Source: Takakia lepidozioides
Taxonomy: Eukaryota > Plantae > Bryophyta
Direction of reading: 5' to 3'
Length of the DNA: 64,000 bases
Assembly: GCA_030704615.1 (NCBI GenBank)
Contig: CM060734.1
Coordinates: forward strand, 28,458,001 to 28,522,000
Shown: piece after piece, positions 26,405-39,326 of the stretch
Position numbering within the stretch: the stretch's first letter is position 1
How the letters are laid out: each line of letters starts with the position of its first letter
Translations under genes and position numbers: made by a program
The notes under the pieces: model-generated
Told to the model about the DNA's origin: nothing
Seen by the model: only the letters and a program-made list of their open reading frames with translations
Databases searched by the model: none

Positions 26405-27969
26405 CTAAAAGTGAAAACAAGGTAAAGTCTTGAGGCCATGTTGAGCACATGCAAGTAGTGGAGCTGAGCCACATGGGCAATTTTGGTAAAACTGCACGTA
26501 GCTGTTTGGGAACATTCTTAAGTTTTTGCCTGTGGAGATCAGCCTGTGGCTGATGCATATCATTTTGAGGCCGGGTGTCATGAATTCCTCAGATACATTG
26601 CTTGAGGGCATTGCTTGGGGTAAGGCTACCACATGGTCCGCAAAGCTGATGACTTGAGAGTACCAAACAGTGGATGATGTGTATCAACACGCCTACTACC
26701 AGTCTGTATATTCTCCCCTTTTGAAGTGGATTTTCAATTAGCCTTCCTCTATGGAAGTTCTATTTTGAGGTCAGAGAGCCATCAAAAACCTCACAAATAG
26801 TAGCTGTTGCTCTCTCTCAGTTACCTACCTTTTTTTTTCAAGGTTGCACATGGGCTCATTATGTGTGGGAGTAGGCAAACCTAATAGTTCCTCTACCCAG
26901 AACAGAGCTTGCCAAACTGTGAGCAATTCCATGTTGACATACCTCCAACAAAAATTCACAGGGCCGGGCGACGGAAACCTGCCCAACCCACATTAAGTAG
27001 ACTACATCAGGCATGGGGTAATCACACAAGCAAGAAAGAATCTACACACTTGTCACTTTTGGACCACACCTGTCATCCAACACTGGTATTTACCTTGAGC
27101 ATGGAATGTAGTAGATACTTTTTAGGCCATTGGTCTTGATGGGCTTGATAGAGAGACTCGCCATCTCCTTGAATGTGGCTAAGTTCTTTGTAACAACATT
27201 CAAGCATTGCAGCCTATTATTCTGTTCAACATTGTTGCCTAAAACAGAACGGGATAACTCATTACGGTTCCCCTGTGGCGTGCCACAAGATTCACTCACT
27301 GGTTGGTTTGCATTACATATTTCAGAATACAGAGATGGCCATGGTAGCTATGAGGTGCAGGGTTCGATTCTTTGATTTCTTGTTGACCCACCTCTATCCA
27401 TGTCACCCCAGCTCCTGTCGTGTGCTCCGTTTCCCGTGTCTGGTGTATCTTCCTATTACGTTTTATACTTTAGTCAAATTTCGTGACACCATCACCCGAG
27501 TGTCACCCCAATCTGTGTCATCCTCCAGAGGGGTTGGGGAAGATTTGCGTTATGTACTTGATCAAATTTTGTGACACCAACCTTCTGTCTCACCCAGGTG
27601 TCACCCCAATCTTGAGAGAAGGTGGGGAATATTTAACATGCCAGAAATCAGCGTACCGTACTGTCACGCGTACATTTACATTGTTCCTATTGTTCTCCCC
27701 AAAATAATAAGGTTCCCTGTAAAGCCTTATGGGCACTGACAAGGCTATTTTTCCTTTGATCAACCTGAGGACATCGCTCCCTCCTTTTTTCCCTTTTCCT
27801 GGTAGCATTCACTGATTTTTCTCTCCCATTCTTAAAATTTTTGAAAAAAAGATGAGAAATCTAGCGAGAATGGAAGTAAGGAGTACGGTAAGGACGTGAT
27901 CCGCAGCGATAAGCAAAGCAAAGCGTGTTGTTTTGGTGGAGGGAGAGTGTGGAGGTGACGAGAGAGACG

Positions 27970-30603
27970 ATGGGGTGGTGGGGGAAGGGGTCCAAGGATG
28001 GGCCCTTCAAGCCCACCAAGGCTGCGCCCGCGGTGAAGGTGAGCACTGACTACTGGAAGCAGAGGTTGGAGGCTTACAAGCTAGAGCAGCAGAGCGGCCT
28101 GCCTGACCCCAGATATGAACCGGAGATTGAGGAAGACCTTCGGGAGGATCGGTATTTTGAGAAGGAGGAGGACACCACCCCTGAGCAGATTGAGGAGAAC
28201 AAGAAGCTGATGGAAAGTTTCAAGAACAGTGAAATGGCGAAGTTTCTGCTGCGGTCGGCGGAGCTTGCATCCCAGGAATTGGCGGTGGCGAAGCTGGAGA
28301 ATGCGAACCCAACGAGGCGCGATGATGTCAAGCTCTGGAAGTCCCTTCCGCTTGTACCGGGACCTTATGGCTCCCCTCCCATTCCCAGAAAGGCTTTGAA
28401 TAGCGAGGAGGAGGTCCAATCAAGGTTTTGGGATTTTTTCAAGCAGTTCCAGTTTGGATTGTGGGGTTACCGGCAGCGGCCATACCCCCCTGAACGCCCC
28501 ATCGATGTGCAACAAGTGCTGGGTTATAAGTGGCTTGACAAACGCTATTCGGACTGTATGTCTCTGTTGTCCTTTACTCTCAATGGTAGGGGTTTGGGGG
28601 TGTCGATACAATTACATGCCAGTAATAAAAAAGTGAACCAGCCGTACAAATGGAAGGTTTTTCTTGAAAGAGGCAGGTTCCTAGTTGTGAAAACTTCATT
28701 AAACCTCGGAAGGGTAGGCGAAATTGGTGGAAAACGCACCTTAAATATGGGATTTTAGAGCTGGACATAATGGAATGTATATGTTCCCGCAGTTGTAATG
28801 AGAGCGGGTGGATGGTACTACAAGGATCGGCTTGGCCGCACTCGGGGCCCCATGGAACTTGTCAATCTCAAAACTGCCTGGGCAGCAGGCATCGTTGACA
28901 AAAACACCTTCATTTGGGGTGATGATATGGACGAGTGGGCACCCATTGGCATGGTTTACGGCCTCCAAACTGCTGTGGCTACGCCTGATAGTAATCTGTC
29001 TGACCTCGTTTTTCTTGAGCTTCTGTTTGAAATGTTTACAGACTAGTTTGAGGCACTATTGTGGAGTTATTGGTCTATCTTGGTTTCTTGCCTTGAGTCT
29101 TGTAACTGGCAAGCTGTGGGTTTTCTCTCTCTCCCTCTCTCTCTCTCTCTCCTTAGAGGATGAACTTCTATGCCGTGCAGTTTGCTATCAAGAACCATCA
29201 ACATCTGTTACCAACAGATGAAATCATTATGTCGACCCTGTTTTTTGCAGTCAAACTGGCCACCATGGGAACAGCCCTGGTTCACAAATTGTCAAGAGGG
29301 ATTCCACCCTGGGCTCCCCTGAAAGGTCATGATTTCAAATCATATAAGCAGTTGCAAAGTGAGGCAATAGAGAAGAAGGAGCGAGAGAAAGCGGTCCTCC
29401 GACAGAATGATGGTGCATGGCCTGGTGAGAGTGCCCCTAGCCATTCGCTCTTTCTCTGGGCGAGTGGAGGGGAGCTCACGGATATCCTTCAACAAAGCCA
29501 AAAACAGAACATGCCTCATAAGTTTATCTCCTATGAAGCAAGGTACTCATGGTGGAGTCCTTCCTCTGTGGGTCTCTTTTTTGTCTTATATGTGTTGTTT
29601 TGTACATGATGTTCTCATCCTCTCTCCAGCACCTGTTGCAGCATTCTTCCTCCTTGTTTAGCAAGTGTTGCCATCCCTTGCCAGAGTTCTCATTGTGAAT
29701 ATTGGGGACTTCCTATGTAGCTTCTATCAACCATGAAGCTCCCTACATCTGATTGACGTCACTGAATAATAATGACTGAGTAATAGTTTCTTTCTCACTC
29801 TGTAAAAACATTGTCCATACAGGTGGTAAAGAGCATTTCTATTTGAAAGCATGGGAAGTCCTTTTTTGCATTATCCATCTTTAATGGGCTCCTTAAGTAC
29901 ACAAAGCTACAACCTAATCAGAGAAATTCCTGATAAGATTAGTCCCCATACATATTGTGCAGGTTCCACACTGAAAGAAATCCTCCTTTGTGCAGGAAGG
30001 AGCTGGCAAAACAGATACCAGGTCTACGGCCATGGGAGGTCTTGGAGGTGGAGCAAGTGATGGACCTGGTAACGTATGCCAAGGAGTGGTATCGTGAGGA
30101 CCTTGGCGAGTTCACCACACGTGCTGACTTTGAGCGAGACTGGTTTGAATCTTTCCAGGTATTGTGTGTCTCTCTCACAGGCACAACATTGTGCCAATCT
30201 AATGTGCAGAGAGGCTATTATTTATTTTAGCCATTTGGGGTCGTTAAATGGATGGCAGTTTAGTTCTATCACCTGGAGTGTTTCCCAAAAGAACCATTGA
30301 CTCCTGGATTGCACAGCTTCAGCAGACCATTGGGTCTCGTTCATGCTTGGCTTGATATGTAAGATAGTACTGGTGGAGTTACTCTTTTGACAATTTAGTG
30401 AGGATAAATGCAATCTTGGGTTATGCGGTTGGCTAGCAGTCCTTGTGACTTTGGCAGCTGCTTGTTTAGTATGTGCATCCAGGCCAGGTTTCTGATAATG
30501 ATGTGGACTGAGTTTGCAGGAGAAGTGGGATGAGATCACTGAAGACATTGAAACAGTGTTTGGCCGTGGGGATGAAGCAACCAAGGATACCAAAGAAAGT
30601 TGA
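27970..30603 (+). CDS. TIC56: TIC56 (chloroplast 1-MDa TIC complex, GYF_2 domain); exons 27970-28555, 28793-28990, 29251-29542, 29996-30158, 30520-30603
   Basis: FWDFFKQFQFGLWGYRQRPYPPERPID...RY; GGWYYKDRLGRTRGPMELVNLKTAWAAGIVDKNTFIWGDDMDEWAPI; PGLRPWEVLEVEQVMD. GT-AG introns are in phase. Confidence 0.88.
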
Positions 30604-32252
30604 CCAACAAACCTGCATTTGAAAACTCCAGCAGTTCAACCATCGGCCCTGACTAGAGGTGAAATTTTGAAGAGCAAACCTAGTGGAACTTCTTTGCTGT
30701 GGCGTATGATTCAGTTTTGCCAGAGTTTTTAACTTGTGTTTGGTAACTTTCCACAGAATCGTGTTGTCAAAATTTGGCAATGTTATATGGCCTTTGCAGA
30801 TGAAAACCTCACCCCATGTATTAGTGCAACAATCTTCATTTATCCTTAACGGAAAAAGCTCTGAAACTGCAGAGTCATGGAAAAGACAGGCATCATGATT
30901 TGTACTGATGTCCTCATTGATCATGTGAAATAAGCAAAATACAAGTGTCACCAAACAAGTTTTTTACATCCACCAGAGTACTGAAATCTAGTATTAGATT
31001 CCTTTGTTGGAAAAGTTGATTGTACCTGTATCTTCACAAATTATGTGGAGTTTCAAAACAGCGCCAAATGCATTTCCACCTTTTGACTACTGCTAGATGA
31101 GAATCCTTCTAATATAGGGAGAGAGAAAACATCTAACTGTCCAGAAGTGGGTCTGGAGTCGTTGTCACGTGGTAGTCCTCGTGATAGCAAATCTGCATGT
31201 GATCTATAAAGGTGCACAGTGAGTATCTCCCAGTAAGATTTCTAAGATTGTAAGCAAACAAAATTGTGACCTTCCCAAAGAGTGTGATGGAAGCACATCA
31301 TGGCAGAGTGACCCTTCATGCTCTCTCAACTTAGTGAGAAGGTACAAGGTGCTCTTCGTTCTCAAAGCCATCATCAAGGTACTCTGCCCCAAAATTATGT
31401 GTTCACCACTCCATATACAGATGGAGGTTGGTCATAAAAGTGCGGCTATTTTTGTGTAGTAACATTCAATGCCATTGGTGTTGGTCTGGTATTACATTTT
31501 TCACATATCAGCATGGTCTATGTAATAAAAAATTTAATACCAGCTGGTTCTATGTATTTCAAGGCACAGGCAAGGCACAAACACCCAACCACTGGTCTAC
31601 CAACTCTAGTGCGGTGATGGTAACTACAAGATACATGGTTTGATTCTTGTTGGACTGCTATGTCACCCTGGTCCACGCCACCCCGCCTCATGTCAAGCCA
31701 TTCCATGTCTGTCCGGTGTCAAGTGGGAGTTACACCAATTGGAGTAATACTCCCTGCCTGTCACTCCGGTGATGGAACGAGGAGTGACACTCGTCCGTGT
31801 CACTCTGGTGATGTCACCTCACTTGGTTTGTCTGGTATCACTCCAATCTGTGTCACTCTTGGGATTAATAGCAAAATGTAATTTGTTCAGAAACTAGACC
31901 ACTTGTGTAAGAGTAGAATGAGTCAAGGATCAGATATCTTTAGTTATTAACGCATAGAAACTGATCTTTAGGACAGATGTTCAAATTAAGTTATTTTATT
32001 TTGCAAGTCTTAATCCAAACTATAAAAACTCATAACTGGCATACAAAACAAACAAAACAACCGTAAATCTTTCTTCATAGAGCCTCATTTCTTCTATAGT
32101 CATTTGCTGTCTATTAGAAGTTAAGCATTGCACGGTTGAAGTACCATGCTAAACATGCAGTGACATTGTGGCGAAATCTGAGCAGTGCTGGGAATAGTAT
32201 GGGCTTCGTACTGAGAAGCTGACGGGTCCTGCAGTCAGGGAGCACTCTTCGC

Positions 32253-32477
32253 GAATCAACAGACGGGAATCCTTTCACAGCCAGTGCTCAACACTAGAAT
32301 GGGAGGTTGGCCTCAATGGGTTTCTTTCTTCTTCTCTCTTATCATTACTGACCTTTTTCAGCAAGAATCTACAGACGGGAATCCTTTCACAGCCAGTGCT
32401 CAACACTAGAATGGGAGGTTGGCCTCGATGGGTTTCTTGTTTCTTCTCTCTTATCATTACTGACCTTTTTCAGCAAG
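32253..32477. repeat. 112-bp tandem duplication (2 copies)
   Basis: GAATC.ACAGACGGGAATCC...TTTTTCAGCAA at 32253-32364 and 32365-32476 are near-identical. Confidence 0.9.
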
Positions 32478-33855
32478 CGCCCTTGTTTCACTAGAGTGGT
32501 GATGCCATCAACGACCCCAAACCACATGAAGTGCTATGGTACATTTGCCGACTGATAGACTAGAAATTCCATCTAATAAAAGATACATGGTGAAATTGCA
32601 ACAGTTTTCTCTCAGACAATTTACATCGGCATCTGCAGAGGAACTTGGACGTTCCAGAGTTTTTGTAGCTGTTTCTGCAGAATGGAAATTCTTAGATCTG
32701 TCTGCTGATGAAATGAAACTGGATGTTGTTATATAAATATAATGCTCTAGCAGCTTGAAATCTGTGACATCTACAATGCCTCTATTGATGTGCCAAATTC
32801 TTGTTGAGCAGTTCACATTAGTGAGAAATGCAGAGCTGTTTGCTTAGACAACTACTGCAAACTAATTGAATTTTATTAACCTAATGTATGACAATTTTGT
32901 AGTAAGAATCAACGTGAGTCTCAGCATCCTATAAGAAACTACCAAAAGCGACCCCTTCAAGCACTATCTGCCGCAACCCAGCAAAACTAACATGCAGAGT
33001 ATCATCTTCCAAAAACTTACAAATGCCATCAGGACCTATTTGAAGTTCTGGCCTTCCAAACAATGCGTCAGTATGATGTTCTATAACATGCACACCCTCC
33101 CTTGTGCGCAAAGTTGCACACCTACCAAGACTTTCCGAATCGAAAGACATCACATATCGTCTCAGCTTACTTGTTTTCAATGGGATTGCAGATGAAAAGT
33201 TGCCTGGTCTAAATTTTGCATGTCGAGTGTCACCAGATGCCAAAGCTGCAACTGCTGCTGGTGCTTCAGCTGCAAGACTATCCCCAGTCCCATCTATCTG
33301 CTCTAGATCCACAATCAGATCATCCAATCCTTGTGTTGAGACCTTCATGCCCGAAACTTTTGATCCACTCTCCTCAAGAAGTATCCATACATGACTGAGA
33401 TTTCATACACCTGCCCAACCCGCAACTTGCTTACGTGGGCAATAGTGTAATGGTCCAGAAAAGTTGAGGTGGACCGACCCCCAAAAACCATAGCTATCTG
33501 CTCTCGCACCATCTCCAAAGCCTCGGGTGAGTGCACCCCTTCCAAATCTTTCTCAAAAAGAGCCTCCACTTCAGAGCCTTGCTACCATTTTCTGGTTTGT
33601 TAGGAATCTTTGGAACCAGTTTCACACCAGCATCCACAAACCGTTGCACAACAAGTGCATAGATCACTTCTTCTACAGCTTTCCGCCTCTCTTCTGCTTT
33701 CAACTCAGATATTCTCCTGTCCAAACAAAACACCATACCGTAAGGTCTTGAATTTGGTAGATTGCAACCTACATGAGGTGCAATAGGCTTGTCTAATCCA
33801 AAAACCAAAAACTGTCCAGCAGGAGACTCCGGCACTAGAGGTGCAATAGGCTTGT

Positions 33856-36800
33856 TGAAGGAATACATCTATAATTCTCTCTCAGTGTATAGTGTAGGAT
33901 GTACTAGATTATAGATTAAGGATGTGCAGTTACATCCAAGTCTTACATCTGAAGTTGTTAGGTGGTTGAAGTCACCAAGGAGTGTGGAACGGTACAAAGC
34001 TCAACAGTTGAGTAATGTAGAACCACCATACTCAACCGAGACACAGAGAGTGCAGATCTCTCTTGTGAGCACTTTCTCTCTTGATGTAAGATCTATTTAA
34101 TCTAGTTCTATGTTTTACACGATTATGTGTGTGATTGACTCTGGATAGAATAGGTGTTTTCACATGGTATTAGAGCCATGGTTGTGGCTCGGAAGAGAGA
34201 GTGTCAATGATGAGAACGAACTAATAATTTCGAGACACACTATGAAATTAAAAGGAGTCGAGAGAGTTTGGAGGAGAGAACTAACAATTCTCCACGATGC
34301 ATCAGCGTGGAAGAATTCTGTTTCTTATATAAGAACATAAGTTCTAACATGGCCTGAATTCTGTGATGTTCATGCTTTCTTGGAAAATGATAATTGATTG
34401 AGAGACTGGAATGGCTCAAAGAGTAGATGTGAGTAATATTCCTAAGTTCGACGGCGCATACTTCCATGTGTGGAAGCATAGAGTAACACTACTGTTAAAA
34501 GCAGAAAAACTATGGGCTCTAGTCGTAGGGACAGAGTTAAAACCAGTGGCTCCCATGACAGCACAGATTGCTGCTGGGCAGCAAGCGCTTCCAGCCACAG
34601 GTGTTGGGAGTATAGTGAACTAGGAAGAAAGAGATGCCCTCTCACTCACCATAATTAATAACTGCTTGGACAATAGTGTAGAGTCACATGTACAGTCGTG
34701 TACATTAACTTTTGAAGCATACCGAAAGTTGACAAGGTTATATGAATCAAAGGATGCAGTAACCAAAATGTACCTTAGAGACAAAATTCAAACTTTAAAA
34801 ATGAAATAGAATGAAAATGTCACTAAGCATATACATGTCTTCAGATCTTTGCTAGAACAGCTTTCTACTGCTGGTTGCCTTGTGTCAGACGAGGATGTTG
34901 TCTTATTCCTAATGAGGAGTATGCCGATGAGTTATCGAACATTTATAGGCTCTTTTAGGAGACAGCCGAGTATAAGTCTACAGTCTTTAATTACAGACTT
35001 AATATAGGAGGAAACTTTAATGATGAGTCTTGGACCTGCTACAGATTCAAAAACTGCATTATATTCTGGACAGAAGTCTAGTACATATAATAGTTTTAAT
35101 AGGAAGAAGCAAAATGAGGACAAAAATAATGTCAAGAAGGAGGATGGCGAAGGATCAAACACAAATAAAGGAAAGAAGAAGCAAATGAAGTGTTTTTTCT
35201 GTAAGAAGTTTGGACATATAATTAAGGACTATAGGAAGAGGATTGCAGCTGAAGCAGCAAACAAACAAGCAACACAAGGACATGTTGCAGTCGAAGGCAA
35301 TCAGCTCTATGTCGCAGCGATGATCATAAGTAAAGGGAAAGATTCAACTTGGTATGTGGACACAGGAGCCACACAGCACATGGCGTATGACATACACACT
35401 TTTGCGACATACAAAGAGTGGAGACAGGGACAGGTTGTCTATTTAGGGGATGACTCAACACATGAAATAGCAGGCCAAGGGTCAGTCATTGTGTTGTTGT
35501 GCAATGGACAGCGAATGGAGGTACCCGACGTGCTCCATGTGCCAGGTCTCAAGAAGAATTTATTTTCTGTTAAGCAATTAGACCTAGCTGGGGGAGAGAT
35601 GAACATAAAAGAAGGTTGCTATAACCTGAAGAATTCCAAGGGAAATCTCATAGCAAAATGTGAGATAGAAAACGGACTCTATAAGCTAGGAACTACATTA
35701 CAGAACTCACAAGTCATGGCAATGCCAACTGTCTTAGAGACTAACAAGGCAGACCTATGGCACTGTAGATTAGGTCATACGAACCAAGATAGAATGCATC
35801 AGATGCAAACTAACTCAATGGTTAGAGGGCTGGATTCAGTAGATGTTAGGAAACTAACATTATGTAGAGAAATCTGCATCTCAGGAAAACAGCACCTAGA
35901 GAAATTCCCTGTAGAGGGAGGCAAGAGAGCTACTGAACCGTTAGGCCTCGTACATACTGACATTTGTGGACCGATGCAAGCTCTCACACACAACGGGTTT
36001 AAGTATTTCATCACATTTATAGATGATTTTTCAAGGTTTACTGTTGTTTATTTGTTAAAACAAAAGTCAGAGGCATTTGAGAGGTTTAAAAAATATAAGT
36101 TACTGGTTGAAAATCAGCTAAGGAAGAAGATCAAGGTTCTAAGGGCTAATGGGGGTGGTGAATACATTTCTAATGAGTTTAATTTATTCTGTCAAGAGAG
36201 TGGCATAAAGAGGCAGTTTACTGTAGCAGGGACACCACAACAGAATGGGGTGTCTGAGAGGAAAAATAGGACCTTAGTGGAAGCAATACTTTCCATGCTA
36301 CACCATGCTAGCTTACCAAATGTCTATTGGGGTGAAGCTCTTATGACTGCCACATACCTACAGAATAGGTCACCAACCAAAGCTCTAAATAATAACAAAA
36401 CACCCATAGAGTTATGGACAAGTGTGAAGCCTGATGTATCACACTTGAAAGTCTTTGGCTGTAGAGCCTTTGCACTAATACAGAAGGATAATAGACGCAA
36501 ACTAGACTCACACACTGTCAAGTGTACATTTTTGGGCTATAGTGAATAGACTAAGGGTCACAAATTAATGACCATACAAAAGACAATTATCATTTCCAAA
36601 GATGTGATATTCCATGAGGATAGTAATGACACAGTGGGAGATGCTATAGAAGAAGGAACACTGTAAGCAGACAAAGATTCAATGCTATTAGATCGATCTT
36701 TCTTTAAGCAGTATGCAAACACTAATAATTTACCACTTCCTCGCACTCACATAACACCACAAAACACTCACACAAGTCCAAGTGTGCAACCTTCTCAAAT

Positions 36801-39012
36801 ACCCTCTCAGTTTCCTAGGCCAAGTCAAGTAGTAGGAGCACTACCATCACCACTGAGCACAGGTTCAGTTTATCAGCTTTATGATGTCATAGAGGATATA
36901 GTGAGAGAAAATACCTCACCCACCGTAGGGAGGGATTCAAGACAGGCTAGGAGAGAGACATCAAGCTCACCAGGAAATAGATGATCTACTAGAATCAAGA
37001 AACCACCTAATAGGTTGATTGAGAGTATAGAAGGTAGAAAACCCTGGAGAGCACTTTTGACACAAGCTTCTGTAAACGAACCTGTTACCTTGAAGGAGGC
37101 TTTATCTTGTTCCGAAGCAGAACAATGGAAGAATGCTATACATTCTGAGCTGGAATCTTTAAGAAGAAACAAAACATGGACAGTCATGAAGCTACCAGAG
37201 AATAGAAAACCTATAGGTTGTAAATGGCTGTTCAAAGTAAAACTTCGGGCAAATGGGAGTGTGGATCGCTATAAAGCAAGATTGGTAGCAAAAGGATACT
37301 CACAGATATCTGACTAATAATACAGAGACCTTTTCACCTGTAATTCATTAGCATCTATACGAGTGATACTTGCGCTTGCGACTCAGTTTGATTTGGAAGT
37401 TCAACAACTGATGTTAGATGCCTTCTTGAATGGCTTCATAGAAGAAGACATTTATATGGAGTTCCCAGAAGGAGTCATACAAGAGAGCAAATCTGGTTTA
37501 GCTTGTAAGCTGAACAAATCACTTCACAGGCTCAAGCAATCATCACGGGCATGGTACCAAAGATTTGACACCTACTTAATGACAATAGGGTTCGATCGAA
37601 GCGTAGCTGATTCGAACGTCTACGTGCAGCGGAAGAACACGAGTTACCTTATTCTGGCATTATATGTTGATGATACTATATTGGCTAGCAATGATGTGAA
37701 TTTCTTGCAAAAGATCAAGAAGCTCATCGAATCTGAATTTGAAATGATGGATATGGGGGAGATCCACTACTGCCTTGGGATGCAGATTTCAAGAAACAGG
37801 GGAGAAGGATGGATCAGATTGTTGCAAAAAAGGTATTTGCTTGGAGTGTTGCAAAGATTCGAAATGGAAAATTGTAAGCCAATTAGCACCCCAATGGAGA
37901 CCAGGGAGAAGCTAACAAAGTCAGATTGCCCAGAAACTGAATATAGAAAAGCTTTGATGCAAGAAGTGCCTTATTCACAAGCAGTCGGTTGTTTGATGCA
38001 TGTTGTTGTCAACACCCGACTTGATTGCTCATTTGCAGTGGGTAGTCTCGCTCAATTCCTATCGAACCCCGGAGAGCCTCATTGGCAAGCAGCAAAGAGG
38101 GTGATGAGGTACATAAAAGGCACTCTTCACATTGGAATTCAGTATTGTAAATCGGACAAAAGAACAACCCTAATAGGTTTTTCAGACGCGGATTGGCTGG
38201 AGACATAGACACTCGACGTTCAACATCGGGTTTTTGCTTCAAGCTAGCAGGTGGTGCAGTAAGCTGGTCAAGCAAAAAGCAGAGGTCCGTGGCTTTGTCA
38301 AGTACTGAATCCGAATACATGGCTTTATCAAAGGCTGCAGCAGAGGCAGTATGGCTCAGGAGTCTGATGATGGACTTGGGATTTGTTCAGAAGAAGGCTA
38401 CTATAATTTATGCAGATAATCAAAGTGCAATAGCGCTATCTGCAAATCCTAAGTTTCATGCTCGTAGTAAGCATATTGACATCCAGTATCACTATATACG
38501 AGAAAAGGTCCAGTCAAAGGAAGTGACACTGGAGTACCTTCCAACATCTAAAATGATTGCTGATTTCTTGACGAAGAGCGTTCCGAAGGAGAAACACTTT
38601 CTTTGTGCGAGAGGGGCTGGATTGAAGTGGAACAAGAAGCCAGAGCAAGATTCAGACAAGATAGAAGACACTACGTATATACTGCCAGAGTATTAGTGGG
38701 AGTGAAGGAATACATCTATAATTCTCTATCAGTGTATAGTGTAGGATGTACTAGATTATAGATTAAGGATGTGCAGTTACATCCAAGTCTTACATCTGAA
38801 GTGGTTAGGTGGTTGAAGTCACCAAGGAGTGTGGAACGGTATAGAGCTCAACAGTTGAGTAGATGTACAACCACCGGACTCTGCCGAGACACAGAGAGTG
38901 CAGATCTCTCTTGTGAACACTTTCTCTCTTGATGTAAGATCTATTTAATCTAGTTCTATGTTTTACACGATTATGTGTGTGATTGACTTTGGATAGAATA
39001 GGTATTTTCACA
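33856..39012 (+). mobile_element. Full-length Ty1/copia LTR retrotransposon 2 (defective)
   Basis: LTRs at 33856-34164 and 38703-39012 (TG...CA, ~96% identical). TSD CTTGT at 33851-33855 and 39013-39017, PBS TGGTATTAGAGCC, PPT AGTGGGAG. Confidence 0.97.
34411..38696 (+). pseudogene. copia gag-pol (gag, zinc knuckle, PR, IN, RT, RNaseH) with stops and frameshifts
   Basis: CFFCKKFGH; WYVDTGATQHM; LVHTDICGP...PQQNGVSERKNR; YKARLVAKGY; LYVDD; ADNQSAI...KHIDIQYH. Integrase precedes RT. Confidence 0.95.
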
Positions 39013-39326
39013 CTTGTCTAATCCATTGAGTCCGTTGCTCTCTGCCCTTACACAAAATCCTCTGGGCGATGACCCGCCTCCACTGCTAGGGGTGGCTTGC
39101 GACTTCTTATAGAAAGATGACTGTAAGACAAGGTTGGACACCTGCAGACATTTATCCACAAGCTCAGTTGCACTAGTTTGTCCACATCTCCCTGTCTTTT
39201 TCGTCAAAATTATAGGTCCAAATGTCCGCAAACTCCGGCCCCACGTAGGGGTATGTTATCTACTAAACCTGGATTCCTACTGGAAGCATGCTTGATTTCT
39301 TGATGGCTGCACTCCACATTTATTAG

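Larger units (their letters stand above)
32881..39320 (-). pseudogene. DUF760 / UV-B-induced chloroplast protein family pseudogene, split by copia element 2
   Basis: PIAPLVPESPAGQFL, EERRKAVEEVIYALVVQRF, LEGVHSPEALEMVRE, SVMYGYFLRRVDQ, LRRYVMSFD..LGRCA, EGVAFGSFL*DAE (TGG>TAG). The frame is continuous across the copia TSD (NGLNGLDK|PIAP). The 5' end is approximate. Confidence 0.85.

Noticed and set aside
27390-27615. GTCACC/GGTGAC-rich patches (also at 31660-31860)
   Set aside because: Possibly MITE debris, but no TIR or TSD could be defined.
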